From NCBI RefSeq assembly GCF_964355755.1, contig NC_092672.1, positions 9,176,001 to 9,240,000 on the forward strand: DNA of 64,000 nt. Direction: 5' to 3'. The position numbers and the translations under genes were made by a program. This document shows, one piece after another, positions 23,566 through 37,900 of this stretch; positions within the stretch are counted from its first letter, which is position 1, and every line of letters starts with the position of its first letter. Source of the stretch: Antedon mediterranea. Lineage: Eukaryota; Animalia; Echinodermata. The notes under the pieces are model-generated. The model was given only the letters and a program-made list of their open reading frames with translations, made no database searches and had not been told where the DNA came from.

Positions 23566-25942
23566 TTTAGGTAGTGTAAAGTTCAAAGTTCAAACATAAA
23601 CAGGGTGGCTGGAGACCACACTTATATACTTTTTGGTCATTTAATGTATTATTTATTTTAGAACACAAAACAGTAAATTACCATACTTAACTCAATAACT
23701 GAATATATAGGTAAGAATAAACCCAATTTATCTAGTTGAAGAAGTGATGCAGATTTTACAGTTTGTGGTATAATTGTTCTCTGTATAAACCGGTGTTGCC
23801 AATTATTGCAACTGCAGCACAACAAATGCAATTAGTGTAGCTATTATACCAGAATACTATTTAAGAAATAGTGCCCAACCATTGCTACAATTTAGTGGAA
23901 CATTAGTGTATGCTGTAGGGTAACGTGTATCTTTTAGAACGTTAGTACTGTATACATCATTATGTAATTTTTACTTAATAATGCAATATAAACCTCCACA
24001 TAAAAGATACATTATCATTGCCAAATAGCCTTGATTGTCCCTGATCATGTGTTGTAAATGCATATAAAATCAGAGAGAGAAAGATGAGGTATTTTGTTGT
24101 AGATGATTCTGAAGTTTAAATATCGGAACAAATTTATAAAGAGGAGTTGTGTTTGACTTAAAAAGCAGTTAGTATACTGTATAATATATACCGTATATAT
24201 TTATTTTATAAAATTTGTGTAACCATTCAATTGTTATAGTTGTAACACAGCACCAAATTTTCTGTTTTTATTACTACTATTATATACATTATGTATGTAT
24301 TTTATCACACTGCAGTTTTTCTGTAAATGCCAAAAGGTGTAGTGTCGCAAATTGTGTAAAAATTTAAATGAACTAGGGGAATTGAAAGTGTCAAGGAATG
24401 GTTTCATATTTTTATCTACTTTTTATGAGTGGAAAACAAGCTTAACAAATATCGTTAATATTATGCATTAATATTTTGTTAATGAAAACAATACCATACA
24501 TATCATACTTGCAGGAACCTGATCAGAAATAGTTACTGAACAAAAAGTGTTTTTCTGAAAAACTCTGCTAATAATAATAATATATTTTAAAAGTTAAAGT
24601 TATAGTTCTAGAATGTTTAGGTGCTTTCGTCTTTTTTGAATGACTAAGCCAGTATATAAAGCTTCATTCAACTCAATTTTAAAATTTGATAACATGTCAT
24701 CAATTTCCCAATTTGTTTTCTAACAGTCCTCATTATTGAGTACATGAGGCCTGAGGCCACTGGCCACTGGTTTAGGAAACCTAAGTGGCCCTCCAAGTTC
24801 CAAAGCAGGAGGCTTCGGGTGTTTTTTCCTCTGGGCACAGCTCATGGGCCCACATAAGCTCCGGGGCCCCTGGGTTTAGCCAGTTAGTTCTCATAGCCGT
24901 TACGCCACTGCATCTTTACTGGTTTAAGTTGACATACTATATCCGTTGACATACTATATTCATTACCTTTGCGCAAGACCAGAAATGTATGTGCTTTTTA
25001 TTTATTTTTTCCATTTGCTTTGCTGAAGTTTTCTAATAGATTTTCTTAAAAGCCAGAATATAAAGCTTCATTCAACTCAATCTCATTCTCAAGTTGAGTC
25101 ATGAAGTCCCGAATTTGTTTACTTTGTTAGAACGCATATTTAAACAAGTGTGCAGTTAAACTGCCAAATACAGTGAGATTTTGGTTAACATTATTACACT
25201 ACTTGTATTTCCTTTTGGAATAATTTTTTTAATTGTATGTTGAGTATACCATGATACATTTTCGCTTGTTCACATTTTTACAATTCAATAGTAATAATTG
25301 TCTTAATTGGATATGTATCGCTTCATTGTACCAAATAATGCTGATATAAATTTTAATTGTAGCAACCTATTTAAAATCTATTTTTATTTATGTGTTTTGT
25401 CGTTTTAGGTTGTTTTTTATTTGTAGTGTAGTACGGTTGCTTAAATCAAAGAACAATTTAATTTAGGCCAGCTTACCTGGAATTGTATGCCTACAACATA
25501 TTAAACATCCCGCCTCTTGAGGGTCGCTTATTTTTCATCAGAAGAAAGTGTATTCTTATTTCAGCATTCAAATGTTACTCGGAAACTACACACAAGTAAC
25601 ATTACTTTTGATCAAATTCTTACATGTTTTTGTCAATACTAGAGTAATTGTTATAAAATTAGTTCGTTACCCAAAAAAAATATTTGAACCTTTCTATTAA
25701 AGATATGATTATTTAAATAGAAAAATAAAACATAGACAATGCAAGGTAATTTTGTATTCGCCTACTCTCCTTTACATGTTAACAGGACATCTATGGTACT
25801 TTTATTTTAATTTCTGCATACTATTTATTTATTTATACTATGATCAAAATGACTTGAATTCCTAACTGGAAAGATTTTAAACTACATTTGAACCACTTGA
25901 GAAGTTATGCGAGTGGTTAGCGCAATGAAAAAATAAATTAAT

Positions 25943-26478
25943 GGTACTAGTACAGGGATTTTTTCGAAAAAAAGAGCACATTTTTAGTTTCTAGGGCACT
26001 ATAAGATGATGATAACGCAATATATGATAACGCAATATGATCATATACAGCAATACTATTGCATAATAATTGAATTTGAAAAAATGTGAAAAAAAATGAT
26101 ATTTTGGTCATTTTTCGAAAAATCCTTGGGATTTTTTCAAAAAAATAGCCAATATTCGATCATTTTATTTTTGGACAAAACTGGTTTCTAAGGGCACCAT
26201 ATGATGATAATAGCAATATATGATCATATACAGAAATATTATTGCATAATAATTATATTTTAAACTTGGTATTTTGGCAATTTGTTTAAAAATCCCTGTT
26301 ACAGGGATTTTTCCAAAAAAATAGTCAATTTTCGACAGTTTTATTTTTCGATAAAACTGGCCTGGGCACTTTAAGATGATGATAACGCAATGATCAATAC
26401 AGCAATATTATTGCATAATAATTGAATTTTAGAAATTTGATATTTTGGTCATTTTTTCGAAAAATCCCTGTACTATAC
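25943..26478. repeat. Diverged ~180-bp satellite units, left flank of the hairpin array
   Basis: About three copies of GGGCACTATAAGATGATGATAACGCAAT...ATTATTGCATAATAATTG...GATATTTTGGTCATTTTTCGAAAAATCCCTG; related copies at 29871-30160. Confidence 0.85.
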
Positions 26479-26689
26479 TGCCCTGAAAGAATGACTCAAC
26501 TGACACATTTTTCAAAAATCACTTTTTTAGCTTTTTGGGCTATTTAGGGAATGATACACCTTGTGGTATATTCAGATATTCAAAATTTTAACTAAAAATC
26601 AAAATACCACTCAATTACAAGTGTGTGTTACTATTGTCACCAAAGACTAACTCAACTACAAATAGGAAACCCATTCAAGTGCACAACAA

Positions 26690-29600
26690 TGTTTATTATG
26701 CTATAGTAACCATTTATGTCAAAAGTGGTTACTATACCACAATTGACATGCGCAGAACCCATTAGTCGACTCTGCGCATGTTTATTATGCTATAGTAACC
26801 ATTTATGTCAAAAATGGTTACTATAGCACAATTGACATGCGCAGAACCCATTATTCGACTCTGCGCATGTTTATTATGCAATAGTAACCATTTATGTCAA
26901 AAAATAAAAGGGTCGAAATTCGGCAATTTTTCGGAAATTTTCCTGTACTATAGTACAGGGATTTTTTCAAAAAAATGGCCAATTTTCGACCTTTTTATTT
27001 TTCGATCTTTTTATTTTTCGATAAAACTGGTTACTATAGCACAATTAACATGCGCAGATCCCATTAGTCGACTCTGCGCATGTTTGCTATAGTAACCATT
27101 TATGTAAAAAAATAAAGGGGTCGAAAATCGGCCATTTTTCGAAAATTTTCCTGTACTATAGTACAGGGATTTTTTCCAAAAATTGCCAATTTTCGACCTT
27201 TTTATTTTTCGATCTTTTTATTTTTCGATAAAACTGGTTACTATAGCACAATTAACATGCACAGATCCCATTAGTCGACTCTGCGCATGTTTGCTATAGT
27301 AACCATTTATGTAAAAAGTGGTTACAGGGATTGACATGCGCAGAACCCATTACTGTATTCGACTCTGCGCATGTTTATTATGCAATAGTAACCATTTATA
27401 TCAAAATATAAAAGGGTCGAAATTCGGCAATTTTTCGGAAATTTTCCTGTACTATAGTACAGGGATTTTTTCCAAAAAATGGCCAATTTTCGACCTTTTT
27501 ATTTTTCGATAAAACTGGTTACTATAGCACAATTAACATGCGCAGATCCCATTAGTCGACTCTGCGCATGTTTATTATGCTATAGTAACCATTTATGTAA
27601 AAAAATAGAGGGGTGGAAAATCGGCAATTTTTCAAAAATTTTCCTGTACTATAGTACAGGAATTTTTTCCAAAAAATTGCCAATTTTCGACCTTTTTATT
27701 TTTCGATAAAACTGGTTACTATGGTACAATTGACATGCGCAGAACCCATTAGTCGACTCTGCGCATTTTATTATGCTATAGTAACCATTTATGTCAAAAG
27801 TTGTTACTATAGCACAATTGACAGGCGCAGAACCCATTAGCTGACTCTGCGCATGTTTATTATGCTATAGTAACCATTTATGTCATGATAAAACTGGTTA
27901 CTATGGTACAATTGACATGCGCAGAACCCATTAGTCGACTCTGCGCATGTTTTATATGCTATAGTAACCATTTATGTCAAAACTGGTTACTATAGCACAA
28001 TTAACATGCGCAGAACCCATTAGTCGACTCTGTGCATGTTTATTATGCTATAGTAACCATTTATGTCAAAAGTGGTTACTATAGCACAATTGACATGCGC
28101 AGAACCCATTATTCGACTCTTCGCGTGTTTATTATGCTATACAGTAGTAACTATTTATGTCAAAAGTGGTTACTATAGTACAATTGACATGCGCAGAACC
28201 CATTATTCGACTCTGCGCATGTTTATTATGCAATAGTAACCATTTATATCAAAATAGAAAAGGGTCGAAATTCGGCAATTTTTCGGAAATTTTTCTGTAC
28301 TATAGCACAGGGATTTTTTCCAAAAAATGGCCAATTTTCGACCTTTTTATTTTTCGATAAAACTGCTGGTTACTATGCTACAATTGACATGCGCAGAAAC
28401 CCATTAGTCGACTCTGCGCATGTTTATTATGCAATAGTAACCATTGATATCAAAATATAAAAGGGTCGAAATTTGGCAATTTTTCGGATATTTTCCTGTA
28501 CTATAGTACAGAGATTTTTTCAAAAAAAATGCCAATTTTCGACCTTTTTATTTTTCGATAAAACTGGTTACTATAGCACAATTAACATGTGCAGAACCCA
28601 TTAGTCGAATCTGCGCATGTTTATTATGCTATAGTAACCATTTATGTAAAAAAATAAAAAGGTCGAAAATCGGCCATTTTTCGAAAATTTTCCTGTACTA
28701 TAGTACAGGGATTTAAAAAAAAAAATGGCCAATTTTCGACCTTTTTATTTTTCGATAAAACTGGTTACTATGGTACAATTGACATGCGCAGAACCCATTA
28801 GTTGACTCTGCGCATTTTATTATGCTATAGTAACCATTTATGTCAAAAGTTGTTACTATAGCACAATTGACATGTGCAGAAGCCATTAGTCGACTCTGCG
28901 CATGTTTATTATGCTATAGTAACCATTTATGTCATGATAAAACTGGTTACTATGGTACAATTGACATGCGCAGAACCCATTAGTCGACTCTGCGCATGTT
29001 TTATATGCTATAGTAACCATTTATGTCAAAACTGGTTACTATAGCACAATTAACATGCGCAGAACCCATTAGTCGACTCTGCGCATGTTTATTATGCTAT
29101 AGTAACCATTTAAGTAAAAAGTGATTACTATAGCACAATTGACATGCGCAGAACCCATTATTCGACTCTGCGCATGTTTATTATGCTATAGTAACCATTT
29201 ATGTCAAAAGTGGTTACTATAGCACAATTGACATGCGCAGAACCCATTATTTGACTCTGCGCATGTTTATTATGCTATAGTAACCATTTATGTCAAAAGT
29301 GGTTACTATAGCACAATTGACATGCGCAGAACCCATTATTCGACTCTGCGCATGTTTATTATGCTATAGTAACCATTTATGTCAAAAGTGGTTACTATAG
29401 CTCAATTGACATGCGCAGAACCCATTATTCGACTCTGCGCATGTTTATTATGCAATAGAAACCATTTATATCTAAATATAAAACGGTCGAAATTCGGCAA
29501 TTTTTCGGAAATTATCGTGTACTATAGTACAGTGTTTTTTTCCAAAAAATTGCCAATTTTCGACCTTTTTATTTTTCGATAAAACTGGTTACTATAGCAC

Positions 29601-29870
29601 AATTACCATGCGCAGAACCCATTAGTCGACTCTGCGCATTTTTAATATGCTATAGTAACCATTTATGTCAAAAGTGGTTACTATAGCACAATTGACATGC
29701 GCAGAACCCTTTAGTCGACTCTGCGCATGTTTATTATGCAATAGTAACCATTTATGTAAAAAAATAAAAGGGTCGAAATTCGGCTATTTTTCGGAAATTT
29801 TCCTGTACTATAATAGTACAGGGATTTTTTTTAGAAATAGTCAATTTTCGACCATTTTATTTTTTAACAA
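26690..29870. repeat. Composite tandem satellite of two hairpin monomers (A ~89 bp, about 24 copies; B ~108 bp, about 9 copies)
   Basis: A: GGTTACTATAGCA-caattg-ACATGCGCAGA-acccattagtcgac-TCTGCGCATGT-ttatta-TGCTATAGTAACC. B: AAAATAAAAGGGTCGAAA...CCTGTACTATAGTACAGG...TTTCGACCTTTTTATTTT. Copy numbers were counted by eye. Confidence 0.95.
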
Positions 29871-30160
29871 AACTGGTTTCTAGGGCACTATAAGATGATG
29901 ATAATGCAATATATCATCATATACAGCAATATTATTGAATAATAATTGAATTTTAAAAACTTGATATTTTGGCTATTTTTCGAAAAAAATTCCTGTAAAG
30001 AGATTTTTTCCAAAAATAGTCAATTTTTCGACCATTTTATTTTTCGACAAAACTTGTTTCTAGGGCACTATAGGATGATGATAACGCAATATATGATCTT
30101 ATACAGCAGTTACTGCATAACAATTGAATTTTAGAAACTTGATATTTTGGCCATTTTTCG
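29871..30160. repeat. ~180-bp satellite units, right flank
   Basis: TAGGGCACTA at 29881 and 30061 (period 180), same orientation as the left flank. Confidence 0.85.
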
Positions 30161-33100
30161 TTTACTAATTCAAAACTTCACAAAATTATTTGCAACATTT
30201 TCTTTATTAATTTAAAACACAGCCAACACAAAGGAGAGTATGTTTCAGAATACAGTATTCTATTCACAAATGGATGACGTGTATTATTAGTGACATATTA
30301 TTTCTTACGGCGGCTTCTGATGAGGAAATTATCGGCACTGCCGAAAAGGGTTAGGCCTACTAAGTTGGTTGTAGACAGTTGAAGAAACAGATTCTACAAT
30401 ATAGGGCAGGTAATATTAAATAACACTACTCAAGCAACGTACAGTATTCTTTACTATATGACGATACTTTATAGAGCCTAAGACATTGTTCTCTTTATAG
30501 TAATGTACAGTTACGGTTAATAAGGCTTTACAGTAGATATGTTTTCTAGTTAAATTATATATTCTAACACATTTTATTACATTAAATTGATATGTAAGTT
30601 TGTCATTTATATCCGGTATATTCTATTTTTACATAAACTTATGTACGTTTTGGGTGTTTTTTAATACAGTATTATCACTACTTCCATACACCATTACATT
30701 CTTTCTATCTTGTACAAATAACTTTCGATTTTTACGATGTTTAATCTTGGACAAAACGCTTTTGTCCATGGTTTAATTGATGTATGTTAGCTTACATTAA
30801 GTAAATTAACAAAATCAATCAAGTCAGCATTATACTATAGCATGTATATTAGGCTGAATAATAAACTTTTAGAAGCGAATAATATTCCACTTCATAATAA
30901 CTGCAGTAAACAGTGGAATTACTGCAGCAGATGGTCACGAATTCAAGTGTAATTTTATTTTAATATGCACAAGTCTCATACCAAAAAAAAATTCTCCTAC
31001 TGAAATCAAAATAATAATCAGTTTAGCACCCATTGAAATCAAACAACACCAGTAATTTGTTTTTCAATATAATAGCCATGTACACATTCTACAGAAAACA
31101 CAATATATACTTTCTAAACTACTCAACTAACTCATGGAGAAAAACACTTATCCTAAACTTAACAACCATTATCATATAATACATATCAACACTACAATTT
31201 CTACTTTTCAAAAAATACAAAATCCTCAATTGCATTTAAAACATTAAATGATTACATTGCACAAAACGAATAACATAAAATGTATAACTTATAATAGCTA
31301 TTATACTAGTATATACAACATAGCAGCGAAAGAAGTTATATTAGACGACACGATACAGCGTTGATATGTTAAAATGATAGACCTGTATGATACTGTATTA
31401 GGCAAAAGCAACAAAGTATTAGTTACAAAGGTGGCAGTCTATAAAAGAAAGGATTCTATTTTTCTGCCTGAATAATCGCAAAAATATTAATGTTTTAATT
31501 TAAGAAAATCTACTTTTCTCTCTCTTCACTTATTTAAATGCCTGAACTTTTAGATCCACTTACTCAGAATAAAATAACGTATTCATTGTACACAAACTTT
31601 CTTTTAAAATTGTATAAAGTAAATTCATTCTTACTTTATTTGAAACACATCTGGCTTGTTAAACTAGCGTCCCATACCCACAATGAATCCCGAATACAGT
31701 ACTAATCTTTCTCCGTATTTATGCCTTTTATGCATTACGTCATTCTATAAATTAATCATGCATAATGGATTGTAACTAGCGCCATCAAATATTATGTGCA
31801 TTGATGTCAAAATAGCAAGTTCCAACGCACGCCAAGCAAAAAATTGGGCATTTTCAAAACAGGCATTAATGTACTCTATTTGTCTTGAACCACACCATAC
31901 CGTTCTAGCATAAAACACTGTCTCAGTTTTTAAAAAAACATAACAAAATCAATACCAGCTTCCAGAGCTGTAAAATTAACCTAAATAAAAATTGACAATG
32001 TTTAGCTATTTATTTCAGCAAATGTACATGAAAGTATTCAGAAGACATTGCACTTTATAAAGACACTACACTTATTGGTTGAATAAGTACATTTTACTTA
32101 TTATATTGAATAAGTAATATCAAGTCTAGAATATAAGTCCTACACAACACTAACATGCATTACATTATGGCAAGCAAATCTGGTCAATAGAAAACACAAC
32201 ATACTGTATGTTTTATGAGTTATTTTTTTCCAACTTCTAACTACTTCATTTAAAATATTCATATCAAGGTTAATAAAAAAACATAAAGTTTTTTATTTCT
32301 TTTATAAATCAATAATATTGAAACCATGGAGGTTAAACTAAATTATAAATTATCATTCTAAAACATGCAGCTGCCTCGCTAGAGAGCTTTGGTATTAACA
32401 TGTTTCAAATACTCCTTTGGAACACCCCTATTCAGAGGAAAAGAGGACACCCCTATTAATGGGACACATGGTGCTAATAAAAAGAACCAAAAGAAGGCTA
32501 GAATATATAACAGATGTTATGTTTCAGAAGAGAATAGTAACAAAGAAGCAAACTTTTACAGGAAAACAGAATGTCTCATATCTATGTTAACATTTAACCA
32601 ATTTTAAAAATCATAATTAGAAGCTCATCAAAATATTTATACATGACTCAGTTTGAAACCTATTATGATTCACATAAACAAATACAAATAATTGTTATAA
32701 AAGAGCTTCTAATGTTTTGAACGAATATACTAAATATAAAATATTATACTCAATAAATTGATAAATTGCACTCTTTTGAAATATTAAACATATAGAAATC
32801 TAAAATAATCTTTAAAAAATTAATTAATAAAACAGTAATATAATTGGTGTTTCGATAATTAAAAACTAATAATTACAGCTTGATTTTACTGACTGGGCCT
32901 GCAATGTCACTCTGGACTATTAGTTGAAAGTACACTGGGCTAGTAGCAACACTTTTCAACAAAGAACACACAAGATACACATCTCCACTTACAGAACCAC
33001 CGACAGTGTTTTGTTAATGTTTGGAAATGTTTAAGAAAAGAGAAACAAATTAATTCTAGTCCTACCCAAAATACTTATATATTAGTGAAAGTGAACTGTT

Positions 33101-34936
33101 GAAAGTAAAAACAAAACTAGACCATATCAAATGGTCAAGCACCAAGAATAATTTAAATAAACATACGTAGTAAAAAAATATAGATAAAATTTTAAATTCA
33201 TTTTTGGTCTTCCATTGTAACACAAAATAATATGTGTCATAAAAGTAGCACATACAACAAGCCAAGTGACCACACATTTTCATTGTGACACATACCACAC
33301 CACTGCTAAATATGCATATCCGCTTGCAGCAGAGCAAACAGTTCTATGTTAAAATTCTAGTGGGGTTCTCACATGTTATATTTAGAGCATTTGGGCAAGT
33401 CCTTCTCACAATGAATTTACAATGCCTAAAGTACAACCCCTGTTTAACATTTAACATCATTTTCAAAGATATCTCCTGCAGCACTTGTGTTGCTCATTTA
33501 AGATATTATTAACACTGCTTTTAATATTATAGAACACCATCAGTTCTTCATAAAACATTTTCGTTTCTATTGTGCCTAATGAGTGAATATGACCAATAAT
33601 TCATATAAAAACTATAATAAATATAAAATACAATAAGATGTTCAATCAATCAAAGAAGGTTATTGTCCAATAATTTATAATTGTTTTAAGGTGTGGACGT
33701 TAACTACATAAATTGGGTTAGGTAAGGATTTATTGGTAGAACTCACACCAAAGAATATGAATGTGTATGAATGCTAGGTACTCCTGCGTGTCAATTCTTC
33801 TCAGAGCTCTCACACACAATGTAACAAGTTCAATTTGATATTAAACAAACAATTGTGAAAATGTGAACAATGAGAAGCAAACATGAATGCTACATAGCAA
33901 CTAAAGCTAACTACATAATATTTAAGAACTATACTACAATCTTACTCCACGGTATATGTACTGTATATTCTACAACCTAAACTATTTATTTTCTAAATAC
34001 TGATGAGGATGTTAAATAGCCAAGAATGGATTCTACCATAATGAAGAGTACTATTTATTTGTCAACATCTGTTTGACGGAATGGCCTAATCTTTAATAAA
34101 TTTTTTTAAAGTGATTGGATTAAGTTGTTATTAAAAATAATCAGCAGAAAGAGGCACCATAAAGTCACACCTTTCTGTGAAACAAATGGGAGAAGATATC
34201 CTTTAAACAAAAAAGTTTACTTGTGGTAGTACTATAATCAAGAAAGATACTCTTCCCTACTATAATTCTTACCACTTTAAATTTGGGAAAAATGCTGAAA
34301 AGAATACATGGATGTATATATTTCATGATTGACTTCAAACCAGTGTAATTATATCAAACAACATAGAACGGGCTGCCTATATTACATTGTATTAAAAATA
34401 TATTATTAAAAAAAAACTACCCTCCTTATGCTGCTGTTATTCTGACCTTTTTTAAATAACATTTTTGTAAGACTTACATTAATATAAACCCTACCGTAAT
34501 TTAATATATCATTTCCTTGACTAAATTTAAAGAGTATGACATCAGTTTCATTTTAAAGTTAGCCTATCATAAACCTACAAGTAATCATAGTAAGACACAG
34601 TTTAAAACCACATTTACAGTACATAGTCAGACAAACATTTTGTTACTGTGTTATGCAATTTTAGTACAGTATATAGAGCCTTTCCTTTAGGACATCCCTA
34701 CTTTCTTTCTGATATATTATATGTTTTAACCCCTATTCAGGGTTCTGATGGTGTCCCTTTAATAGAGGTTTTACTGTATTTAGATGGACAGCAAGATGTT
34801 TGACAGCTATACTACATAAAACTATTGAAATACTAATATATTAGATATTAATTACATAAGATAATTAGTACATTAGGTTGTATTTTTATTGACAGTTCTA
34901 TTTAAAATAAATAATTTAAACCTGAACGTTATCCAA

Positions 34937-37900
34937 TCAAACTGCTAACTGTGGTGAACGTCTAGAAATCTTGGACCGGATTGAACCAGCTAGAAGTGGG
35001 TTGAAGGCATATAACCAATCAAAAACGTCCTTGTCTCCCACTGTTTGGAGCAAAAATCCACGGTATTTGGTGCAGACAGAGAATGTGTTCGCAGTCTATG
35101 AAAATATTGTGAAAAAAACAAGATATTGAAACTTAGAGAGAAAAGGACCATTAACTTGTCAATTCGAGTTTATAAATTAATTTCTAGTTGCTTTCTTGCA
35201 TCCCATATGTTTTACAAGTTTAGTGTTGGTGGAGTTTTACCTAATTAATGAAAAATAATGCTTACCCCAATCATTGCTCGCTGATCTTCACTGTATTCTA
35301 TTCTGGCAGTTGCTAAATTAATTAAGCCTCTTTCTACTGGATCTTTTTCGCTCTTGAAGAAGAACACATAAGGTCGTCGTACTATCACGTATCGTGTCAC
35401 CCATCCTTTGGTCTTCTCTTCTAGAAAGTTTAGGTATCCTCGTCTTGATATAATTGGACTGAAATAATCATAATTTGGTAGAGATTAGAATAGAATTAAA
35501 TCTCTGGGAAACAATTATATCTTTAATTCTAGAAAAAAAATTGTTGCCATCCAAGCCTACTATACCTTATTCTGACTTCTTCAACCTCTGGGATATAAAG
35601 CGATCTCCGCCTTCTACTCAAAAGATCATCTGGGGCTTCCTGACTCAGAATTCCTGGGAGGTCTGTCGGTACAGGTAACCGACGAGCCATCCTAGGAGAA
35701 AGGCTTCGCAAATCTGACTCCGACACGCACTTTCGCAATGTTTCAGTTTGCGTAGTAGGACATGGTTCAAAGTCGCGTATACCACCACCTTCCTCTGGGC
35801 TTTCTCCGTCAGTACTTAGTGTTTCTGTCACCTGCAACAATTTAAATCATCGTTCATGAAATCATGCATCATAAGGAATCATGTCAAAACTATTCAAAGT
35901 ATGTTTGTTTCTGTCAAGTTTATAAGTCAGTCACTGTAAATAAACAGTGTATATGATTGATTACCCAAAAAAGCTTGGTAAATAATTACATAACCAGGTT
36001 AAAGAGTAAACAAAATCTTGATACTGAAGTAGAATAATTTTGGCATGGCCTTCTTTAAACTTTCTAACTTTTTATTTCTTTGCAAACTTTGTAGAAAATC
36101 ATACTTCTGTAAAAGCCTCATCAATACAAATCCACCAACCAAATTGTTTTATTTACAGGTAGCATGCAGCATGCAAATTAACACTTTACCTGTACATGTG
36201 GCAAGTCAGATATCTGCATCTTTTCCAGACTTAGAAGTTTTAAGCACTTGGTTAGCAGTTCTTGTTTTTCAACTGGCAAGATGGAATCTTCATCATCATC
36301 TTCTTCTTCAACAACTGGTTCTCGTTCGTAACTCTTGACATGCCCACTTAGCTTGTCTTTCAGAGAAAGAGTATGCCTGGCTTTTTCAACCTACAACAAC
36401 AAGTTTGAAAACGCATATCCTGTATTAAATATTTACATTATTGAAAAATTAATCAGATAAATTAAAATTAAAACAGTTATTCTAGACCTCATTTGGATAG
36501 TTAAAAACAAAAGGGTTTATTTTTAGCAAGTAAATAGACTTTCAAACAACTGTGTTTACATTTACTTTTTTTTAATTATATATTAAAAGATTATTTTAAA
36601 GTTTTTTGCAAAACTTTAATTTTTAGCTGAATCCTCATACTTACCTCTTCAAGTCTTTTAATTTTCTCTAGTTCCCATTGATGGTCAAGAATGAGTGAAT
36701 CGGCACGTGGGCGCCAACCTTTCAAGTTCTCTTCTCCTCGCACATATGTTCCCGATGTGTCTATAACTTTGCGCAGTCTTCGCTGTGTACCTGAAAAGAC
36801 AAATTAATAAAATAAGGTAAATAAAGTTATAGGCAAAATAAAAGCTTTAGTGATCTACATATTTCTATTTGCATAAATTTGCATAAATTTAAACTTTTGC
36901 ATGTGGCAATAACCTTAATCTTCCAAAGTTGTAGATATTATTTTTTTTAAATGCCAATTAAATCTTTCCTTATGAATCTGTCTATGAATTTGGTTTGCAA
37001 AATGATATAACCTTGAAAATTGTTAACTTATTTCTTCATGGTTACACATAAATACAGCATATAAATACACCATTATTATTGGTATTTAATACAGTAAGAC
37101 AGATCTTAAAGATAACATAAAACAAATGTAAATTGAGGGATTGATTACAATATAAAACATTATAAAATGTTGACATTTTTTCATTATGATTTCTAAAGTA
37201 GTGGTGCTATTTTCACAAATACCTTGGTAGTACGTTATGACTTTACCAAGGGCATAATATTAGAAGGCAAGCACCAAGATGATATACAATATTAATAAAA
37301 TTCATAGTAATAAAACTAAATATAAAAACAACATTCTAAAAGACTAGCAAAGTGAAGAATATTTCAAGATTCTCTAAGGTTGTGATTAGCAATTAATTGT
37401 GTGTATACATTTCAAATCTTGTACTTGACCAGAACAACACTAAGGATTAAACAAATGTATGTGTGGATAAAAACATGATACAACTTAAAATGGAATATTC
37501 ACTGGAAGAAAAACACTTTGGAATAAATATGATCATTGAAGTAAATGAAGATATACATATATGGTTACCAAAAATCATGATAAATTATACAGTAGAACTC
37601 CTCCTTTGAGATACACCAATTCGGCGATCACCAATTTTCAGATACACACCCCTATTTAGGGGGAATTTTCTTGAACAGGAACAAGAGTCAAAACACATTT
37701 TAACCCCATTTAGGATACGCCTCAATTTAGTGATACTTTTGAGAGTGTTCTACTGTATGAATACAATAGGAATTAAATATTGATGGTTAATGGAACAACT
37801 TGGTAAACAAACACAATAAATAAAATTATTGATTTATATGATATCACGCAAATGCAAAGGGCTTTTATCGTGCAACATCAAATTATATATGCCCCATACA

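Noticed and set aside
26690-29870. CRISPR-like array of palindromic repeats
   Set aside because: There are no unique spacers, since intervening sequences are themselves repeats. No cas genes are present and the context is eukaryotic.
26805-30134. Repeated Cys-rich ORFs (MSKVVTIAQLTCAEPIIRLCACLLC...)
   Set aside because: They are translations of satellite monomers with frequent frameshifts and no splice structure.
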